Shown one piece after another: positions 57,805 through 64,000 of a DNA stretch of 64,000 nt (position 1 is the stretch's first letter; each line of letters opens with the position of its first letter). A model generated the notes under the pieces. It made no database searches. It saw nothing but the letters and a program-made list of their open reading frames with translations, and had not been told where the DNA came from. Origin of the DNA: Halobacteriales archaeon QH_7_65_31 (GTDB taxonomy: Archaea > Halobacteriota > Halobacteria > Halobacteriales > Haloarculaceae); contig PXQU01000005.1 of assembly GCA_003021785.1 (NCBI GenBank), positions 10,850 through 74,849 on the forward strand, given 5' to 3'. The translations under genes and the position numbers were made by a program.

Positions 57805-59631
57805 ATGAGTAGCCAACGAGAATCCAAAGTGTACGTCAACGGGTCGCTCATCGGGACCCACCCACAGCCGCACGAGCTCGCGAACAACGTCAGAGAGGCC
57901 CGCCGCCGCGGCGAGGTCTCCGAGATGGTCAACGTCTCCGTCAAGGAGGAGACCAACGAGATCATCATCAACGCCGACGCCGGGCGCGCGCGCCGCCCGC
58001 TGTTCGTCATCGAGAACGGCGAGCCGCTCGTCTCCGACGAGGAGCTGGAGGCCGTCGAGGCGGGCGAGCTCGACTTCGACGATCTCGTCGACCGCGGCTA
58101 CATCGAGTACATCGACGCCGAGGAAGAGGAGGACATCCTCGTCGCCGTCGAGAGCGACGAGGTCACCGACGACCACACGCATCTCGAAGTCGATCCGCAG
58201 CTCATCTTCGGTATCGGTGCGGGAATGATTCCGTACCCCGAGCACAACGCCTCGCCCCGGATCACGATGGGATCGGGGATGATCAAGCAGTCGCTCGGGC
58301 TTCCGTCGGCGAACTACCGCATCCGACCGGACACCCGCCAACATCTGCTGCATTACCCGCAGCTGTCGCTCGTCAAGACGCAGACGACCGAGCAGATCGG
58401 CTACGACGACCGCCCCGCCGCCCAGAACTTCGTCGTCGCCGTCATGTCCTACGAGGGGTTCAACATCGAGGACGCGCTCGTTCTCAACGGCGGCTCCGTC
58501 GACCGCGCGCTCGCCCGGTCGCATTTCTTTCGCACCTACGAGGGCGAAGAGCGCCGGTATCCCGGCGGTCAGGAGGACCGCTTCGAGCGCCCCGACGAGG
58601 ACGTACGCGGCGCGCGCGGCGAGGACGCCTACACGCATCTCGACGACGACGGGCTCGTCAACCCGGAGACGCAGGTCGGAGAGAACGACGTGCTACTCGG
58701 GAAGACCTCGCCGCCGCGCTTCCTCGAAGAGCCGGACGATATGGGCGGCCTCTCACCGCAGAAGCGCCGCGAGACCTCAGTTACCATGCGCTCGGGCGAG
58801 TCGGGCGTCGTGGACACCGTGACGCTGATGGAGGGAGAAGACGGTTCGAAGCTCTCGAAGGTCAGCGTGCGCGACGAACGGATCCCCGAACTCGGGGACA
58901 AGTTCGCGTCTCGCCACGGCCAGAAGGGCGTCGTCGGCCACATCGCGCCACAGGAGGACATGCCGTTCACGCAGGACGGCGTCGTTCCGGACCTCATCGT
59001 GAACCCGCACGCACTGCCGTCGCGGATGACCGTCGGTCACATCCTGGAGATGCTCGGCGGCAAGGTCGGCTCGCTAGAGGGTCGCCGCGTCGACGGGACC
59101 GCCTTCACCGGCGAGGACGAGGAGGACCTCCGCGACACGCTCGTCGAGGACGGGTTCAAGTCCAACGGGAAGGAGGTCATGTACTCGGGCGTGACGGGCG
59201 AGAAGATCGAGGCCGAGATTTTCGTCGGCGTCATCTTCTACCAGAAGCTCTACCACATGGTCTCGAACAAGATTCACGCCCGTTCGCGTGGGCCGGTGCA
59301 GGTGCTCACGCGCCAGCCGACGGAGGGGCGCGCTCGCGAGGGCGGACTCCGCGTCGGCGAGATGGAACGGGACGTGCTCATCGGACACGGCGCGGCGATG
59401 GCGCTCAAGGAGCGCCTGCTCGATGAGTCCGACCGCGAGTTCATCCACGTCTGCGGCAACTGCGGGATGAGCGCGGTCGAGAACGTCGAGCAACGCCGCG
59501 TCTACTGTCCGAACTGCGACGAGGAGACCGACGTTCACGAGGTCGAGATGAGCTACGCGTTCAAGCTCCTGCTCGACGAGATGAAGGCGCTGGGTATCGC
59601 ACCGCGGATCGAACTCACGGAGGCTGTATAA
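57805..59631 (+). CDS. rpoB1: RNA polymerase subunit B' (Rpo2C)
   Basis: [33 protein letters not shown]. Confidence 0.97.
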   Translation: MSSQRESKVYVNGSLIGTHPQPHELANNVREARRRGEVSEMVNVSVKEETNEIIINADAGRARRPLFVIENGEPLVSDEELEAVEAGELDFDDLVDRGYIEYIDAEEEEDILVAVESDEVTDDHTHLEVDPQLIFGIGAGMIPYPEHNASPRITMGSGMIKQSLGLPSANYRIRPDTRQHLLHYPQLSLVKTQTTEQIGYDDRPAAQNFVVAVMSYEGFNIEDALVLNGGSVDRALARSHFFRTYEGEERRYPGGQEDRFERPDEDVRGARGEDAYTHLDDDGLVNPETQVGENDVLLGKTSPPRFLEEPDDMGGLSPQKRRETSVTMRSGESGVVDTVTLMEGEDGSKLSKVSVRDERIPELGDKFASRHGQKGVVGHIAPQEDMPFTQDGVVPDLIVNPHALPSRMTVGHILEMLGGKVGSLEGRRVDGTAFTGEDEEDLRDTLVEDGFKSNGKEVMYSGVTGEKIEAEIFVGVIFYQKLYHMVSNKIHARSRGPVQVLTRQPTEGRAREGGLRVGEMERDVLIGHGAAMALKERLLDESDREFIHVCGNCGMSAVENVEQRRVYCPNCDEETDVHEVEMSYAFKLLLDEMKALGIAPRIELTEAV

Positions 59632-59632
59632 C

Positions 59633-62590
59633 ATGAGCACAGGACAAACACCGAAGCAGATCGGGTCACTCAGCTTCGGGCTGATGGACCCCGAGGAGTA
59701 CCGCGAGATGTCGGCCACGAAGGTCATCACGGCCGACACCTACGACGACGACGGCTTCCCCATCGACATGGGGCTGATGGACCCGCGACTGGGCGTCATC
59801 GATCCCGGGCTCGAATGCAAGACCTGCGGGAAACACTCCGGCTCGTGTAACGGCCACTTCGGCCACATCGAGCTGGCCGCGCCGGTCATCCACGTCGGGT
59901 TCCAGAAGCTCATCCGTCGGCTGCTCCGCGGAACCTGTCGTGAGTGTTCGCGACTCCTGCTCACCGAGGAGGAGGCCGACGAGTTCCGCGACCGGCTCGA
60001 CAAGACCCGCAGTCTGGGCGAGGACCTCGGTGACGTGACGAAAGCGGCCATCCGCCGCGCGCGAAAGGCGTCGAACTGCCCGCACTGCGGCGAGACGCAG
60101 TACGACATCCAACACGAGAAGCCGACGACCTACTACGAGGTGCAGGACGTGCTCTCGGCGGAGTACTCCGAGCGGATCGCCGCCGCGATGGAGGGCCGTC
60201 CGGTCGGCGACGAGGAGGAGGGCGAGGTCGACCGCGAGCCGATGGGACCGATGGAGCTCGCCGAGGAGACCGGCATCGACAGCTCCCGGATTCAGGAGAT
60301 CCTCTCCAGCGAGTTCCGTCCGACCGAGGAGGACCGCGAATCCCTCGAACAGGCGCTCGACGTCGATCTCACCGAGGAGGACATGAACAAGCTGATGGCC
60401 TCCGACATCCGCGACTGGTTCGAGGACATCCCGGATCGCGACATCGAGACGCTCGGCATCGACGCCGACAAGTCCCGACCGGAGTGGATCATCCTGACCG
60501 TTCTGCCGGTTCCGCCGGTGACGGCGCGACCGTCGATCACGCTCGATAACGGCCAGCGCTCCGAGGACGATCTCACCCACAAGCTGGTGGACATCATCCG
60601 CATCAATCAGCGGTTCATGGAGAACCGCGAGGCCGGTGCGCCCCAGCTCATCATCGAGGACCTGTGGGAGCTGCTCCAGTACCACGTCACGACGTTCATG
60701 GACAACGAGATCTCGGGGACGCCGCCGGCACGCCACCGGTCGGGTCGCCCGCTCAAGACGCTCTCGCAGCGACTGAAGGGCAAAGAGGGTCGGTTCCGCG
60801 GCTCGCTGTCCGGCAAGCGCGTCAACTTCTCCGCCCGGACGGTCATCAGCCCGGACCCGACGCTCTCGCTCAACGAGGTCGGCGTCCCCGACCGGGTCGC
60901 CAGCGAGATGACACAGACGATGAACGTGAACGCGCGGAACCTGCAGGACGCGCGCCGCTACGTCGCCAACGGGCCGGAGACGCACCCGGGTGCGAACTAC
61001 GTTCGCCGTCCGGACGGTCGCCGGCTGAAGGTAACCGAGAAGAACTGCGAGGAGCTGGCCGAGAAGGTCGATCCCGGCTGGGAGGTGTCGCGTCACCTCA
61101 TCGACGGCGACGTCGTCATCTTCAACCGGCAGCCGTCGCTCCACCGGATGTCGATCATGGCTCACGAGGTCGTGGTGATGCCGTACAAGACGTTCCGGCT
61201 CAACACCGTCGTCTGTCCGCCGTACAACGCTGACTTCGACGGCGACGAGATGAATATGCACGCGCTGCAGAACGAGGAGGCCCGCGCCGAGGCGCGCGTC
61301 CTCATGCGCGTTCAGGAACAGATCCTCTCCCCGCGCTTCGGTGAGAACATCATCGGGGCCATTCAGGACCACATCTCGGGGATGTATCTACTCACCCACG
61401 ACAACCCGCAGTTCAACGAGACGCAGGCGCTCGATCTGCTGCGTGCGACGAGCGTCGAGGGGCTTCCGGAGCCGGACGGGACCGACGACGACGGCATCGA
61501 CTACTGGACCGGTCGCTCCGTCTTCTCGGAGCTGCTGCCGGACGATCTCAACATGGAGTTCGAGGGGACCCTCGGCGAGCCGGTCGTCATCGAGGACGGC
61601 CAGCTCGTGGAAGGGACCATCGCCGAGGACGAGGTCGGCGAGTTCGGCGGCGAGATCGTCGACACCGTCACCAAGGTGTACGGCAACACCCGCTCGCGCG
61701 TGTTCATCAACGAGGTTGCCACGCTCGCGATGCGTTCGATCATGCATTTCGGCATTTCGGTCGGCATCGACGACGAGTCGGTCGACAGCGAGGCCGAAGA
61801 CCGCATTCAGGAGGCCATCGACAGCGCCTACGAGCGGGTGCAAGAACTCATCGAGACGTACGAGACGGGCGAGCTGGAGTCGCTGCCCGGTCGAACGACC
61901 GACGAGACGCTGGAGATGAAGGTCATGCAGACGCTCGGTCGCGCGCGCGACTCGGCGGGTGACATCGCCGACGAGCGACTCGACGAGGACAACCCGGCGG
62001 TCGTGATGGCTCGCTCGGGCGCGCGTGCCTCGATGCTGAATCTCACGCAGATGTCGGCCTGTGTCGGCCAGCAGGCCGTCCGCGGCGAGCGGATCAACCG
62101 CGGCTACGAGGACCGCACGCTCAGCCACTACAAGAAGAACGATCTCTCCGCCGACGCACACGGCTTCGTGGAGTCGTCGTACCGACAGGGGCTCAACCCA
62201 CAGGAGTTCTTCTTCCACGCGATGGGTGGCCGCGAGGGGCTCGTCGATACGGCGGTTCGGACCTCGAAGTCCGGCTATCTCCAGCGCCGGCTCATCAACG
62301 CGCTCTCGGAGCTGGAGTCCCAGTACGACGGCACGGTCCGGGACACCTCGGACACGGTCGTTCAGTTCGAGTTCGGCGAGGACGGAACCTCGACCACGCA
62401 GGTCGCGCACGACGAGGAGAACCCGATCGAGGTCGAGGACATCGCGGCCCGCGTGATGAACGCCGAGTTCGCCGACGAGGCGGAACGCGAGTCGTTCCTC
62501 AAGGGCGACACGCTCCAGACGAACCTCTCGGAGCATCAGGACACGTGGCGCACTGGCGGAGCCGTCCCGGAGGTGGAGTCGGATGACTGA
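59633..62590 (+). CDS. rpoA1: RNA polymerase subunit A' (Rpo1N)
   Basis: Catalytic [28 protein letters not shown]. Confidence 0.98.
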   Translation: MSTGQTPKQIGSLSFGLMDPEEYREMSATKVITADTYDDDGFPIDMGLMDPRLGVIDPGLECKTCGKHSGSCNGHFGHIELAAPVIHVGFQKLIRRLLRGTCRECSRLLLTEEEADEFRDRLDKTRSLGEDLGDVTKAAIRRARKASNCPHCGETQYDIQHEKPTTYYEVQDVLSAEYSERIAAAMEGRPVGDEEEGEVDREPMGPMELAEETGIDSSRIQEILSSEFRPTEEDRESLEQALDVDLTEEDMNKLMASDIRDWFEDIPDRDIETLGIDADKSRPEWIILTVLPVPPVTARPSITLDNGQRSEDDLTHKLVDIIRINQRFMENREAGAPQLIIEDLWELLQYHVTTFMDNEISGTPPARHRSGRPLKTLSQRLKGKEGRFRGSLSGKRVNFSARTVISPDPTLSLNEVGVPDRVASEMTQTMNVNARNLQDARRYVANGPETHPGANYVRRPDGRRLKVTEKNCEELAEKVDPGWEVSRHLIDGDVVIFNRQPSLHRMSIMAHEVVVMPYKTFRLNTVVCPPYNADFDGDEMNMHALQNEEARAEARVLMRVQEQILSPRFGENIIGAIQDHISGMYLLTHDNPQFNETQALDLLRATSVEGLPEPDGTDDDGIDYWTGRSVFSELLPDDLNMEFEGTLGEPVVIEDGQLVEGTIAEDEVGEFGGEIVDTVTKVYGNTRSRVFINEVATLAMRSIMHFGISVGIDDESVDSEAEDRIQEAIDSAYERVQELIETYETGELESLPGRTTDETLEMKVMQTLGRARDSAGDIADERLDEDNPAVVMARSGARASMLNLTQMSACVGQQAVRGERINRGYEDRTLSHYKKNDLSADAHGFVESSYRQGLNPQEFFFHAMGGREGLVDTAVRTSKSGYLQRRLINALSELESQYDGTVRDTSDTVVQFEFGEDGTSTTQVAHDEENPIEVEDIAARVMNAEFADEAERESFLKGDTLQTNLSEHQDTWRTGGAVPEVESDD

Positions 62591-64000
62591 CTCCGAGATC
62601 GAGGCGGTCGTCGAGGCAACGGAGCTGCCGAAGCGACTCCGCGAGGAGGTGTACGACGCCGTCGCGGAGCACAACGCGAGCGCCGACGAGGCCGAAGACA
62701 TCGCGACGGCGGTCGAGTCACGCTATCTCGCGACCCGGCTCGATCCGCTCGATCCCGTCGGTACGGTCTCGGCACAGTCGATCGGGGAGCCGGGGACGCA
62801 GATGAGCGTCCCGGCAGACGAGCGTGTCGTCGTCCGCCGCGACGGTGAGACCGAGGTGACGGAGATTGGTTCGTTCGTGGACTCGCTCATGCGCTCTCGG
62901 GAGACCAGAACGGCAGGCGATCACGAGGTCGCCCTCGCGCCCGACGGGGTGTCCGTACCGAGTCTCGGCGACGACGAGCGCGTCGAGTGGAACAGCGTCG
63001 AGGAGGTGAGCCGCCACGAGACGCCCGATGAGCTGCTCGAGTTCGAGCTGGAGTCGGGCCGCTCGATCCGCGCGACGAAGGCACACTCCTTCGTCACCCG
63101 CCGCGACAACGAGATCGTCCCGGTCGCCGGCGAGGAACTCGACGCAGGTGACTGGCTCCCGGTCGTCGCCGATCTCGACGCGACGGACGCGTCCGAGACG
63201 GTCGACCTCCGCCCACGACTCCCCGCCGAGGAGTTCTGGTTCACGTCGACGCTGACCGACGGCGGAACGGCGACGTATCCGGCGGGCGAAGCGCAGGTCG
63301 CGAACAAGCGAGCCGCGCTCGACGCCGACGACATCGAAGCCGGCTACGTCTATCCCGTCGGAGGAACCGTCGGACTTCCCGAACAGCTCCCGCTCGACGA
63401 GACGACCGGCTTCTTCATCGGCGCGTTCCTGGCCGAAGGAAACGCGACCGACCACTACGTCTCGATCTCGAACGTCGACGAGACGTTCCAAGAGCGGGTC
63501 CGAGCGTTCGCCGAGCGGTTCGATCTCTCGGTCAACGAGTACGAGAACACGAGCGGCTTCGCCGACGGCTACGATCTCCGTCTCAACGGGACCGTCCTCG
63601 CGGCGTTCCTCCGTGCGACCTGCACGGACGCGGGCGAGAAGGTCCTTCCCGGATTCGCCGTCGGTGCGCCGGACGCGTTCGTTCGCGCGCTGCTTCGCGG
63701 CTACTTCAGCGGTGACGGTAACGTCGCGGCGAACGCCGTCCGGTCGAGCTCCGTCAGCGACCGCCTGACCGGCGGCATCGCGCTCCTGCTCGCTCGCGTG
63801 GGGATTCACGCGACCCTCGGGGAGACCGACGGCTCTCGAACGCTTCGAATCCCGGCAAAACACGTCGAACGGTTCGACGACCGCGTCGGCATGGTCGGGG
63901 AGCGCGGGACGGAGCTCGCTACCCTCGCGGCGTCGGTCGACACCGACGGCCCGGACGCGACGGACCAGATACCGAACTTCGGCGACGCGGTCGACTCCGT
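62583..64000 (+). CDS. rpoA2: RNA polymerase subunit A'' (Rpo1C), intein-containing, truncated by the window end and not in the ORF track
   Basis: [25 protein letters not shown], then non-RNAP sequence in the same open frame. Confidence 0.95.
   Translation, partial: MTDSEIEAVVEATELPKRLREEVYDAVAEHNASADEAEDIATAVESRYLATRLDPLDPVGTVSAQSIGEPGTQMSVPADERVVVRRDGETEVTEIGSFVDSLMRSRETRTAGDHEVALAPDGVSVPSLGDDERVEWNSVEEVSRHETPDELLEFELESGRSIRATKAHSFVTRRDNEIVPVAGEELDAGDWLPVVADLDATDASETVDLRPRLPAEEFWFTSTLTDGGTATYPAGEAQVANKRAALDADDIEAGYVYPVGGTVGLPEQLPLDETTGFFIGAFLAEGNATDHYVSISNVDETFQERVRAFAERFDLSVNEYENTSGFADGYDLRLNGTVLAAFLRATCTDAGEKVLPGFAVGAPDAFVRALLRGYFSGDGNVAANAVRSSSVSDRLTGGIALLLARVGIHATLGETDGSRTLRIPAKHVERFDDRVGMVGERGTELATLAASVDTDGPDATDQIPNFGDAVDS
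62805..64000 (+). mobile_element. Intein with LAGLIDADG homing endonuclease in RpoA'' (partial)
   Basis: Begins S-VPADERV after GTQM; block [19 protein letters not shown] motifs [11 protein letters not shown] (63411-63443) and [11 protein letters not shown] (63690-63722). Confidence 0.93.

Noticed and set aside
56241..59631. Split RpoB and RpoA as possible frameshifts
   Set aside because: The B''/B' and A'/A'' splits are the normal organisation in haloarchaea.

Overview
High-GC chromosomal segment of a halophilic archaeon (class Halobacteria), inferred from acidic proteins, leaderless TATA-type promoters, Tat lipoproteins and split RNA polymerase subunits. It is mostly core genome: NAD-dependent ligase, XPD/DinG-like helicase, NMD3, Taw2-like transferase, mdh, Hel308-cgi121, two complete Dpp/Opp peptide ABC operons, CBS-glyS-dolichol kinase, Hef, pyrC, GGT, htpX-pspAB, radA-MTase-pcm, a flippase, a crcB pair, tRNA-Asp(GTC) and the rpoH-B''-B'-A'-A'' operon. 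RpoA'' is interrupted by a LAGLIDADG intein that runs off the window end. I saw no CRISPR array, IS element, provirus or rRNA. The most notable observations are: (1) the first peptide-binding protein appears circularly permuted; (2) an ABC exporter has an in-frame loss of the NBD helical subdomain; (3) a Cro/XRE-like HTH appears inserted in the RpoA' clamp-head region; (4) a TTCASTTTCA element sits at almost the same distance upstream of radA and hef; (5) a cytoplasmic M23-like metallopeptidase; (6) several small ORFs missed by the ORF track and a structured intergenic repeat after the ligase. All family calls come from motif recognition, not database searches.
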